From Ginglymostoma cirratum (lineage: Eukaryota): a stretch of 64,000 bases of DNA. The stretch's first letter is position 1. Each line of letters begins with the position of its first letter. Where the stretch lies: positions 15,278,856-15,342,855 of the forward strand of contig JAHRHZ010000035.1 in assembly GCA_024137785.1 (NCBI GenBank). Direction: 5' to 3'. A model generated the notes under the pieces. The model was not told the DNA's origin and did no database searches. It was given only the letters and a program-made list of their open reading frames with translations. Of the stretch, positions 39,800 to 52,800 are shown piece after piece. A program made the translations under genes and the position numbers.

Positions 39800-40140
39800 T
39801 AGAAACTTAGGAACATATGACATAGAGGCAAGAGTTGTCCAGTCAGCTGCTCAAGCTTGCTCCTTCATTCAACTAGAGCATAGTTAGTCTACCTCAAACA
39901 CATTTTCCTGCAGTATCTCCACGTTCATTAATGTTTTCAATCTCTATTTTTAAGATCTGTTTTCAATTTGTAATCTTGAACACACTCACTGACTGAGCCT
40001 CTGCAGCTTTCTGGGATATATTTTATCTATGTATACATATTTTCCCAAAGATTCACCACCCTCTGAATGGAGAAATTCCACTTCATCTCAGTCCTAAATG
40101 GATGACCTCTTTGTCAGAGACTGTATCCCCTAGTCCTAGA
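39800..40140 (-). mobile_element. CR1 3' fragment
   Basis: agattcaccaccctctgaatggagaaattccacttcatctcagtcctaaatgg. Confidence 0.65.
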
Positions 40141-42119
40141 ACTATTGGACCTCATTAACCCATGTAAATTTGAAGAGAGTTAATGAATTAGTTGTCATTT
40201 TGAACATCGTTGCAATTGAAGAAAATGAGCAAAAATTTTACGTAGCAAAAGAACAGTGAAGTTATTTGATTGCTATTAATTGAATAATTCCCGAAAAGCA
40301 TCTTCCTGAAATATCAGAAGACTTTTATCAACATTTGTTTGGAGTTATATGTAAAATTTAGGGTTACATTTTTGTTACAGCCGTAATCAATATCGGATAC
40401 CATAACAGTGATCTCATAAAAATTGTTGGTGTTGGTGCGCAGTGGTACACTTACAGCTTTGCTTGATCTGTGACCTAAGTCATCCTGTGATTGATAATCT
40501 GAGTCTTCAGGAGTTTATCAGTATGGTGACTGTCTCAGTGCACTGTTGCCCCTGCTTCGTACCTCACTTGTAAAAAATGACGGATGCTCGCAGCATTCTA
40601 ACGAATACCTATCATCCTCACATGTAGCAAATATTGGACAAGTTGGAGTAAAAGCTAGGCTGAGAAAAGTTGCATTACATTGTCAAAAAAAAGCAACATA
40701 TAGTAATGACTGAATTACTGATTGGGACATCAAAACCTGGTGAAATATGTTAACAGAACAGAATCAGAGCCAGCAAACCAAGATGCTATTTGTTATGGAA
40801 AGTAACTGAAGATGTGAATGATCAGTTAGGAAAGAAGTGGGATGGTTTCATTCTGAAATAATTCAATGTTAGAATAGAGGACGCATTCAAAATTTTACTT
40901 AAAACTTGTCCAGATCTTTTAACAAGATGCAACACTGTTGTTCTTTATCTACTGGAAATCAAGATCAAAGCGCACAACCATTGCAGCTGGGGCCTGAGCA
41001 CGGTGTGTACAACATGTGTCAAGAGCTGGTAAAGAGAACGTGATGCTCAGATTTTTCTGCACTTGTTTTTTGTCAGGTAAATGGCGGGATAATACAGCAC
41101 TTTTTGTTTCAAATTCTGAAGGCAATCATTTGTACCCCATTCCCTGCCTAAAATAAAAAAACAGGTTTTTTTTTCAACAAAATAATAAAAACTGATGCTA
41201 ATGATTTCAATTTTTAATGGTCAACACTGTCACTGTTCTGATTCATAGCTTGAATGCTTTTACTTTACAATCTCTTGTACACTACACCAGGGCTGGTGAG
41301 GGGGCATGTGTCACGTTTGCATCAAATAAAAGAACTGGAAACATATGTGGTTTGGCATAGTTTAAGGGAATGGTAAGGTGACAACATCACAGTACAGGAT
41401 TTACTGCTCTTGACCAGACCATTCCATTGCTCCTGTGGGGCTGATAGATTCTTAATCGGCCCTTTATCTCTGCGGGAGTGTTTCACTGTAAACTGACTTC
41501 TAAGGAAAAAATGTTAACAGAGGTAAATTTACAACATTAGATATAGAACGTCGAATAAAGGAGAAAATACGAAAATTGTGGGTGATTACTAAGGGACTTC
41601 ACATATCCTTTTTCTGTTCACGACTCACATTTATGTAAGAGTTGACATAAACTATCTCAAAATATTTAACCTAGGTAACCTGTATATATAGGCACCGACT
41701 GGTGGAACAAGTAATAGAAAATGTTAGAGGAGACAAACGAAATAAAAAGAAGTTTTAAAGTGGTTCTTGAAAGTAGGAAAATAGTAAGCAAAAGTGAGAG
41801 ATTGAAGCAGAGTATTTCAGAGTGTAGGGCCAAGAAAACAAGGTTCTTCCACCAAAGCTGGAGCGTGGGCAGGAGAGGAAGCACAGAATAAATCGAAATA
41901 GCAGATGGCATGCACTGACACATGAGCTGGAGGAGGTTGCAGAGGTAGATAAGAGCTGATCAATGAGGACATGTCTTTTTAATTTAATGCCTGTTTAAGG
42001 AAAAGGAGATTAGCAAGGATAGAGGAGCAGACCTTGATGCAACATTTGAAGTCAGTGCTCGAATTTTGGATGTCCTGTAGTTTCCATAGGACTCTCAATT
42101 TCTGTTCTAATATTATAAT

Positions 42120-42510
42120 CACAAAATCATGGAATGTTACAAAATAGAAGGAGGCTATTCAGCACTTCGTGTCTTCATGGGCTCTATGCAGGAGAGATTT
42201 ACCTAGTACTATTCCCCCAGCTTCTCCCTATGGCTGAGCACATTCTTTCTTTTCAGACAATAATCGAATTCCCACCTTAATGCCTCAATTGAACCTGACT
42301 CCACCACACTCTTAGGCAATGCACTTCAGATCCTAACCACTCACTGTATGAATGTGTTTCCTCATGTCATCATCGATTTTTTTGACAAACACTTTAAATC
42401 TTCATCCTCAATCCTTCCACTAACTGAAACAATTTCTCCTTCTCTTCTCTGTCTAGACCCCTCATAATTTTGAATGTCTCTACCCAATCTCCTTTCAATC
42501 ATCTCTTCTT
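42120..42510 (-). mobile_element. CR1 3' fragment
   Basis: agaaggaggctattcagc...gcctcaattgaacctgactccaccacactc...cagatcctaaccactcactg. Confidence 0.65.
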
Positions 42511-44974
42511 AAAGAATTTCTTTCTTTTCATACTTCTTTCCCAGCCCTTGAGCAGCATGGACCATGGTAAGAAATTTGGAAAAAACACTGCAAGAATGAA
42601 TAAAAATCTGATTTTTGAGGTGGAGAAAAATAGTCAGAATTTTTTTACCACAAGGGAAAAGGCTAGTAAGCAGTGAGCAGCTTATTTTCATGTGATTGCA
42701 AGTCATCGTTAGTTAACTTTGTCTCATTTCTACATAGTTGATAGTTCTCTCAGGCACAGGTGAGAAACTACATGGTGCCAAATCACGTGCTGGAAGTCGG
42801 AGCGGTTACCTGGTGAATGCAGCTCACAGCTTGCTTTTCCCAGCCTCCACCTTACAGCCCATTCACCAAATTCTCACGGATGCTCCACTGAAGTCAGCAT
42901 TGGGAAATTACCAGGCTCAACACATCATCATGACCGAGCTCAGACTAACATACAATATACCTCAAAACTTCACTGCTGCATTTTGAAGCTCACAGTACAA
43001 TGTTCCTGCCATGCTGCTGTGCACACAGTGATATAAACCCATCTGCAAAGGGTGCATTTTATGCTTTTTCTCATGTCTTCTAAGCTCCCACTCATGTGTT
43101 TACTTGGATGCTCCCAACATCTCTGTTTTACTTTGCCTTATAGTTCATTTGTGCTGCAATGAGATGTTACACACTCGTAATACCTCTGACTCGTTTTGTT
43201 TTAAGTGCAGACCGAAAGCCAGGCAACTTATCACGATTGTCAGCTTTGAACAGTCAAGGGGATGAATGTATTGTTGTGCTACACATGTGCCAGCAGCTTA
43301 TGTGGTAACACATTGATTGTGCTTCAATCTAATGGCCAGTCTGAAAGTTAAATGGGTCCAGTCCTCAGTAGAATCAAGGGGGACTCCAGCCAGTCAGAGT
43401 ATACAGCATGAGGGGCGGCATAAATCAGAAATTTGAAAATGACATAAAAGTTAGCCTGGTAGTTGGCAGTGAAGAGCATAAGTGTCAACAGCAGGGGGGT
43501 ATCAATGGTTTGAGGGAGTGGAAAAGTGGCAAATGGAATTCAATCTAGAAAAGTGTAATGTTATGGACTTGGGAAGGCTAACCAATGTAAGGGTTAGGGT
43601 TAGTGAAGACTGAGTGGGAAGTTGAAGCACGTACGGAGTTGGGAACAAAGACAGCGACGTGGGGAAACTCAGGTGTATGGAGGGGAATATCTGCAATTCA
43701 AGTCCAATCTGTGAATTAGGCTCTTGTCCCTGTGTGCAAAGTGCGTTTGCAGCAGCCTTTCAATGTTAGCTGCTGATGTATTGTGCAACAAAGATTTATG
43801 TTTCCTAAGTAATCCTGCAAGTGGATTCAGGAGCTGCCATGACAATTGTGAGGTGTTGATAAATGTCGGATACCAATGTTTGCAGATGAGGGATGCATGT
43901 GAATGGTGCCCAGGGTTCATGCCCAGAAATATTCCCTGGTGCTTGGTAGCTCTTCACAACTAGCAGCAAAATGAAGTTGTCTGATACCCCTACTGTAATT
44001 TCCATATCAGGAAATCTCAACATCTAGTTTGTTTGGTGCCTTTCATTAGATAGGAAATGAATTGACGAGGTAAATTGTGCCACTGAAAAGGCATTCAACA
44101 AGCAATAAATCCCATTTATTGGCAACTCTCCACTACCTAATGACAAACTCACCTCCCCGCTTGGCAGATGCATTAAAGATGTAGTGAGATTCTCTTGACA
44201 TTGAGTCAAGCCTCACTGGACTTCCTCATGATTCTGCCACAAATCCCAACATAGCCCAGGTCCCTCAGGCCCCTATTAGATTCTGCCCTTTAAGATTATG
44301 ATTCAACTTTAGTATCTACCACTTTCTCCCCACTTTCCTGTTTTCTTTGATAATCCAATTATTGTTGCTCTTTGGTTTATTTTACCACTGTAGAATGTTA
44401 AATTCCAGCCTACTTTTTACACTCCACCCAAAGCAAAGCTTGTTACATGTGTTGCTCGCCTTTCATGTGAAGAAATTTCCTGATCGAGATCAAGGTATGA
44501 ATTTTGCCATTTTGAAGCCATCTTGTCCGATTCAGATTCAGAGATGCATCGACGAACTTGTGCTCATAACCACAGCTTCACTACAAATATTTGTGACATG
44601 GTTGCTTGTTTTACCTTTAGCCAATCGTCGTTCACTACGATTGTATTTTGAATGTTAGTGCAAACATTTTAGATTTTTAAAATTCATGTCTAGCTTAGGA
44701 AAACCAATGCAGCTATGTTTCTTAAATCTTTAGAAGTGCAGTCTACCATATTTGTGAAATCAACTAACAAAACTATAGCTTTACAATGATGCTACAATTG
44801 GAGAACATTTAAAAGTACAGAATTTAAACTTCCTTGAAATCCTTATTTTCTGAAAATTCAACAGCAGTTTCAACATATATACCCATATCATATTTAAAAC
44901 TCTTAATTGTTTTACTTTGCATATTCTTTGATGTCTGGTCACTGTGTTGGAGAAAATTCCTATTATTTTTCTTT

Positions 44975-45308
44975 ATTCATTCACGGGATGAGGGCATCAC
45001 TGACCAGGCAGCATTTATTGCCCAGAGGGCAGTTATGAGTCAACCACATTGCTGTGGGTCTGGAGTCACATGTAGGCCAGACCAGGTAAGGATGGCAGTT
45101 TCCTTCCCTAAAGGGCATCAGTGAACCAGATGGGCTTTTCCGACAATTGGCAATGGATTCACGGTCATCATTAGATTCTTAATTCCAGATATTTATTGAA
45201 TTCAAATTCCATCACCTACCGTGGCGGGATTGCAACCGAGTCCCCAGAATGTTATCTGGGTCTGTGGATTAACAGTCCAGCAATAATACCACTGGGTCAT
45301 CGCCTCCC
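44975..45308 (-). mobile_element. tRNA-derived SINE family C (possibly SacSINE1/DeuSINE-like), best-preserved copy
   Basis: Minus strand starts gggaggcgatgacccagtggtattattgctggactg..., has B-box-like ggttgcaatccc, and ends in a tail shared with the LINE at 45815. Confidence 0.75.
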
Positions 45309-45814
45309 TTTCCCTTCCTATGCAGGGGATTTTGCTTCCATAAAGCATCTGTCAGCTAAAAATCAATGCAAATGAGATAAGCAATTCATCCCAACTTTTC
45401 TTAATTTTCAATGTTAGTTTCCTCTATCCTCCATCATAACAACAGCCGGGTCCTTAAGTTGCTAGATTTTCAATTACTCATAGAATTGAGGAATTATGGG
45501 CATGCGTAGCTAAGATAGAAGATCAATCTGTTTTTTAGTTTTCTATATTTTAGTACATACAATACAAAGATTCATAATCTTATTGAGGCTGATGTCTTAA
45601 TGTTTATTATCCACACTAAACATTTTCATGACTACACTATCACAGGCATACACACTTAGTCTGGGTTCAGTGCTTACCTATGTCAATATACATTGCATGC
45701 ACAAAGGCTACTAACTGAAACACAATACTGACTTCATTACATGATGACAGTGACTGCAATTGAGGCGAATATATTGTACTGGAATATCAAATGTTGTAAT
45801 TTTAAATAACTTTT

Positions 45815-46897
45815 TTTAATTCTTCGTGGAACCTAGGCATCACTGGCTGGCCAGCATTTATTGTCCACCCCGAGTTGCCCTTGAGAAGATGGTGGTGAAC
45901 TGCCTTCTACGCGACAGTCAGGCGCTGTAGGTCAACCCACAATGCCCTTAGGGAGGGAACTCCAGGATTTTGACCCAGTGACAGAGAAGAAACAATGATG
46001 CATTTCCAAGTCAGGATAGCGAGTGGGCTTGGAGGAGAACCTACAAGTATCTGCTGCCCTTGTCCTTCTAGATGGAAGTAGTCATGGGTTAGGAAAGTGC
46101 TTTCTAAGAATCTTGGGCAAATGTCTGCACTGTATCTTGTAGATTGTACTCATTCCTGCTACTGAACATCAGTGGTGGAGGGAGTGAATGTTCATTGATG
46201 TGGTGCTATCCAAGCATGCTGTTTTGTCCTGGATGATTCAAGGATTTTGACCATTGTTGGAGCTGCACTCATCCAAGCAAGTGGGAAGTATTCCAACACA
46301 CTCCAAATTTATGCCTCTTGATGGTAGACTAGCTTTAGGGAGTCAGAAGGTGAATTACTTGCTGCAGGATTCTGATCATCTGACCTGGTTTTGTCACCAC
46401 TGTGTTTATGTGGTGAGTCCAGTTGAGTTTCTGGTTGAAAGTAATACCAAGAAGTTGATAGTGGGGATTCGGTGATGGTAACACCAATAAATGTCAAGGA
46501 CTGTGGTTAATTTGTCTCTTATTGGAGATGGTCATTGCAGGGCATTTGTGAGGTGTGAGTGTTACTTGCCACTTGTCAGCCCAAGCCTGGATATTGTCAA
46601 AGTCTTATTGTATTTGAACATGGGCTGCTTCAGTATCTGAGGAGTCATAAATGGTGAACATTGCACAATCATTGGTGAACATGCCCACTTTCACCTTATG
46701 ATGGAGGGAAGGTCATTTATGAAGCAGTTGAAGATGGTTGGACCTAGGAGACTACCCTGAGGAATTCCTGCAGAGATGTCCAGTAGCTGAGATGATTCCA
46801 ACAAGCACAAACATCTCCCTATATGCCAGCTATGACCCAAATAATGGAGAGTTTGCCCCTGAATCCCATTGACTTCAATTTTGTTAGGGTATCTCGA
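45815..46897 (-). mobile_element. LINE 3' about 1.1 kb (RT C-terminus plus 3'UTR), decayed
   Basis: Reverse strand gives RT-like remnants (...DNIQAWADKWQVT..., QGSLLGPTIFNCFINDLPSII); homologous to 11940-12790. Confidence 0.8.
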
Positions 46898-49800
46898 TGC
46901 CGCAACCTATCTTAAAAGATGTAGGTCTGTCTGGTCTGGAATCTATGTCATATGCAACAATAACAAGCGATGATCTTACCAATTGGTGGAGCAGGCTTGA
47001 AGGACTAACTTGTTCCACATTCTCCTACTTATTATGTTATGGTCGTATGAAGTTTCTGCATCTAAAAAGTTAATGTTAAATAGGTTATACGAAAGACACA
47101 GGATTCTTCTATAATGTAGCCTGATAATAAAACTGCTGGAACAAATCCTCAACTATTAAGAAGCCTGTTGCAACAGTAAAAGAAACCGATGGATGGTGCT
47201 ATTTACAACATGAGGCCTTCACTCCATAATCGTTCTCTAATTACCACCATCATAATTCAATATTTTAGATCTGTTCCAGGACCAAAGCATGAAATCTAAC
47301 AGCATGTGCAGTGCTGAGGGAGGGCTGCATCATTGTAGCATGGGGACTTTCAGAAGTGTTATTAAATTGAATTCTTGTCCTCCAAACAAATGAAACTAAA
47401 TGATTCAAATTCCACTTTTCAACCAAGGAGTAGTGAGCTCTCCTGGTACCCTGGTCAGCAATTGTTTCACAATGGGCAACACAAAAAACTGAGTTACTTG
47501 CCATTTAACTCATCTTTATGTTTTTGGGGTCCTGCTGTATATGCGTTGGGATTTGCCTACATTGCAATAGTGACTACACTTCTCAACAGAGATGCATTCT
47601 GGGATATCCTCATCTTCTCTTTCAGTCTTTCTTTCCCACAAGCAACTCATGTACTTTCACAGCTCCAAATGATAAATTGAAGGTATCAAATCCTTCTTTC
47701 TTTCCTGTCTCCATGGTTAATAATTGGTAGAATGTTTCCTGTAAAGTATTGTTTGCAGAGTAGTTTCCAAGTAATCTGAAGCCTCATCAGCTGGTCCATT
47801 GCTTTGCAATTTATTAATTCTGGGAATGTACTTATAAGTCCACCAGGTTCAGGACAATCTTGAATTCAACCTTTGACAGCAATTTTTTGTACAAGTCTGA
47901 TGTCATTGTTTTCTCACACATAAATATACAATGCCCCTGTTGAACTTTATTTCAACAGTGCCTATCTCAGCATGGAGTTTCGAAATATTGCAATTCCACT
48001 AAATTGAGTTGTCTTGCAATAATCTAATTTAGAATATAGAGTCTGGCAATCACATGAAACAGCAAAAAACCACAATGACTTGTGTATTGGATTGTTTCAC
48101 GAGTTTCCATAAATATAAAAATACTGCATTTATATTCTATTATGATCTTAAAAGTGACCAAAAACTTTTAAAAAGGGATTCAAACTTCAAGTTATGAGCT
48201 GAAAGAATGGCATGACAAGATATCATGTTTTAAAACTTTTATTATAAAAATACCTGAACAAAACACAATTGTTTAAGCACAGTTTTCCTTTTTTAGGTAA
48301 ACTATACTTTAAATTACTGCAAGATACATTGTCCTTTATACTCATCACATATGGCACCTTCTACAGAATTACAGTGTTTGTAGCAAACTGTCTGCAGTTG
48401 CTCCGTGAGTCCAATGTATTGCTTCTTTTTTTTTTACTTTCCCAGCTATATAAATGTGAATCCCAGAACTGATATTCATTGTAAGCATTACACTATAACT
48501 TCCTTCACACTAGCCCAAGCTAGGCAAATCTTCCTGCCTCCTTTAATTCCTCCTGATGTTAATCACCTCAATTTAAACAGGAGCTCCCATCCCAGAATGA
48601 AGAATAATCAGTTTCTCTGCTTCAGGTACAGGACTGACTGCGTCTATTCCTTCTTTGCTGCCCCTCACATAGCTACAAATCGGACCAAACAAATTTCTGT
48701 CTATTTGTCATATTTATGAATTTGTGTAGAAGCAGGTTACTAGATCTCAAAAGTGGCTTGTCCTGAGATTTTCCTCATGGCACCATTTTGCACGTTACTT
48801 TTATACTGTATCTGGATAGAATTGCTAATTAGCTACTTTAATCCTACCTCCTTTTAATGTTAGAAACGGATCATTTACAGCAAAATTGTTTATAAGATCA
48901 TCCTTTTAGTACCATTCTCGAGACCTTGGAAGATTTGGAAGTTACTTATGATATACTCAGACATTGCTACCATTGTCTCTGTGCATAAATATTTTGTACC
49001 TTCTTCACTGTAAAACATTCTGGGCCTTTCTTTATCTGTAACAGTCAAACCATTCAAGGCCTCTGTCAGGTAGACCATGGAATGGATCATATAGTCCCTT
49101 TCATTGACCCTAAATTTAAAAATTCAGCCCCAAAATATGATTGTCTTGTCAATGAAATGATTCAGTATCAAACCTTAATGTTATACACCTCATAACTATA
49201 ACAATTTTAAAGGCCTATTTTACATGTTTGGTAGTTTTAGAAATCAGGTTTGGTTTTGATGGTCAGGTTCCCACCTCCCAGAATATTAACCCCATTGTCA
49301 TGCCGTTCAACCTTCATTGCTAATTTCAATTAAACTCATGTGTTGGTTCTGAATTGTTCAAGATGGCCAATACAAGATCTGCAACATTGAAAACAGACAA
49401 TGTGTAAATCTATGAATGGTCAAGTCCTAAATTATGCCCACATCAATCATCAATAGCAATTACTCTGTCGTGCAATTTCCTTTTCTAAAAATAAAATGTC
49501 TCCAATATTGTGAATCAGCAATGTTACTAATTACCTACGACCAAAAAGAGCAGGCAAGAGCTAATTTAAGTAAACTGTCAACCCTCCTACAATTTGTAGC
49601 TGGCCATAAATATTGAATGAACATAACATTCAGCAGTTATTAAATATCTGTGTGACATTTAGCGGCACCTTCTGGCAATTTTGTTTGCAGCTTCTTCAGG
49701 CTAATACCACAAGCTTATAGCTTCATGAACTATTATGAAGAGATAAAATGGCATACTGGAAATCAGAAAATGCCATCCAAGAAATCAGACAATGCCAGAA

Positions 49801-52800
49801 ATAGAGACCCAAGTGAGAAACCTATGATAAACCAGGAGTTCAGGGGAGATTTAGATTATCAGTTTGATGGTAGCTCATTGGGGAATTAGAAGTGCAGAAA
49901 TAAAAAGGAGCAAATGGAAAGTGCTCAATGAGGAGGAACAGGAGGAGTAATTTGGGTGGAGAGTGAAAGTAAATGATTCTGATCTCTAAAAGAAACTGAG
50001 TACAAAAGACAGCCATGGTGTCATTGGAAGGTTTGTTCAGGAGGTCAGAATATACGAGTACAGTGTGCTGCACCATACCTTTGGGGTTCTTAAATAGGAC
50101 ACAGAGAGATTAAAATTAGCCTTGGTGTAAGTGACAGCTAAAAAGGCATCAGTAGCACAGTTCCTCGTCATAGAGGCCACAGAGCCATTTTTTAATCTCT
50201 TGACAGAATACTCAGAATGCAGCAATATGCACCTTGGGTCACTTCTTCCTTTCAGAGGACATAGCTCTGTGTAGGAGATTCAGCAAAGTATCATACATGT
50301 GGAGTAGATATTGTGCTTTTGATCCTATTCCACCATGCTGTCAATTCACAGCACCTCATCTTCATTAACCCCTCACGTCCTTTGACTCCCTGTACCAACA
50401 AAAATGTATTTCAGGTTTGAAAACTTCAATTGCCACTCAGAATCCATAGCCATTTATGAGATTGACTTTCAGATTCCTATTACCCTTAGTGAAATAAAGT
50501 GCATCACATTTTGCCCCTGAGTGACTCACCTCTATTTAAGATTTCTTGAACATTATTTTAAGCAAAGGCCCTCTAAACTGAACAGATCACAAATTGACAT
50601 CGCTGGGCAAGCTTAAACATTACCTTGTACATCAGTGAGATCAGGCCTCACTTTAAGTTTGCAGTCTGGTTAAATGTGAGACAGGAAGCTATGTAATCAT
50701 TGAGAGGGATAGAAAGGCTATCATATTGCCTGTCTTTGACTGGCTGATCTATCTAGGACTGAATCTACCCATGTAGACAGTCAGAACAGGTTAATGGGGA
50801 ATGTAAACAATGAAAGCCAACCGATTAAACAGAAATTAAAGCAAAATACTGCAGAAATATAAAATTTACAAAAAGTTTGAAATACACAGCAAGTCAGGCA
50901 GAATCTATGGAAAGAAAAACAGTTAATGTTTAATTTTAATGGTGTCTGAAGTGAAGTTATGATCAGTGAAAGTTTGACTCGACATGATGTTTTCACATTT
51001 ATGTAAGGTGTCATGAGAAATATAACAATTTAACAGACTCAGTAATATTGATGCACCATAGACAGTCTCAGGCATGCAGTTATCCCCCTTTAGCTGCAGG
51101 TTTATAATTGGACTTAACAGAACTGCGTCACCTATAATGGCCTTTCCCTCATGCAGGGACTTTTTGATTCAAACAATGCATATGACACTAGTTGAAATTC
51201 AGTTTGGCTTCATCTAGGATCTCCACATGCATCAGCCAGTTTCGCCAACACATTGGCACAATGCCAGCATCAGTTGCTCATGATCAACAGTGTCCAACAT
51301 TGCCAATGACCTGGACCATTCCAGCTCTGCGGTCTGAAATCTGAACTGCTGTTTCAGTGAATAGGGGGCGAAGGAGAAGACATACAATGACGGTACCCTC
51401 AATGTCCAGGACTTTGCTCCCTGAGTCATAGGTGTGTAGAAATCCGTCATTGCAATCTAGTGAACTAAAGCATTATAAACTTATTAAAGATTAATGGTTT
51501 TCCATGCAGTGTTTCATCAAAATGAGGACTTCTTAACTGTACAGGTCACGGCCCTCAGAAGATCTGAACAGCAATGCTTTGCAAAGGAGATGGGAATAAT
51601 GGAAATATTGCTAAACAGTTCAAGTCCCAGTTTCAAACATTCCCTTCAGGAGTCAGAATGAGCAAAATCCGCTGTAATAGCGAACGCAAAGACTCAAACC
51701 CTGGAAATTGAAACAAACCTGTATAACGTGTGTAGGCTTTCCTTGTCAGACTTATTGGATATTCTGATCAGTTTGCATCCTGACCCTAGAATAGACTGTG
51801 GGGCACTCATTTTGAATGGAAAATTTAAATTGTTGAATCCGTCCCTAATTAAGCCATTGATTGACATTGATCCAAGATTCATAAAAGAGTGCAGTTTTGG
51901 GATGGACAGATTAGGTTTAAATAAGAAGTTTCCGAGAAGAAGTGAGAGAACGACTGATGAATCTGTTACTCAAAGGGTCCACCAATGCTCAGAGTTTAAG
52001 GTTAAAGCTTGAAGAATAAATGGGGGGATACTTGTCGAATTACATTTTAGCGAGGATTATTGGAACAATTGGCAACATGATGGACTGAGAATAGCATGGA
52101 TCTTGCAGCTGCTCCTTAAATTCAGACTCTGTTGGGACAGAAACTGCAAAATAATTTGAAAAGGAAGGCTGTTAAGGGATACATGAAAAGGGAACAATTA
52201 GATGGCATCTATTAATGAGCTTTCACTGGACATTGGTTGGAAATTTAGATGGTACCCATTCTGTGCTGTGATTGTATAGCAGTGGATAGAATTCTGCTGG
52301 AATTGTAAGCAAGCTAGTCAACATTTGATGTAATGAGGAAATCATATGAATTCCACTGTGAATTCTACACTCAGGTGCCGCTGGCTTTATTGGGACTTAC
52401 CAATTCTCAAATTGTTACCAAGGACCTCTCAAGTCATTCAGCTTATGTGAAAGCACTCCAATTGCATCAGACAGCTCCTTGTGCTAGCATATGCTAGCTG
52501 ACTTCATGGCATCACAGCTATACTGGACCTTGTCCAGTTCTGAAGGATGTCTCATCTGTCCATCTCCAGACTTATTGGAATTTTTGCCTTTAATTATTAG
52601 GTGGCATTAGAATCTGATGCTAGTAAAATTAAATGTGTGTCAATTATGTCTAATGATATGCAGATGGAAGGCATTAATTTGAGGTCTCTGTTGATCACAT
52701 CTGCCAAGATGTTGTATTAAATTGTGTGAAAGAAACATATTGACTTTCGAATATAGATTCTTCATTAAGTATTTATAAGTTAGGTGGTTCCTTAGATTGA

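Noticed and set aside
49760-50250. Possible Gypsy protease remnant (VTAKKASVAQFLVIEATEP)
   Set aside because: Too degraded; no catalytic DTG/DSG motif or LTR pair seen.
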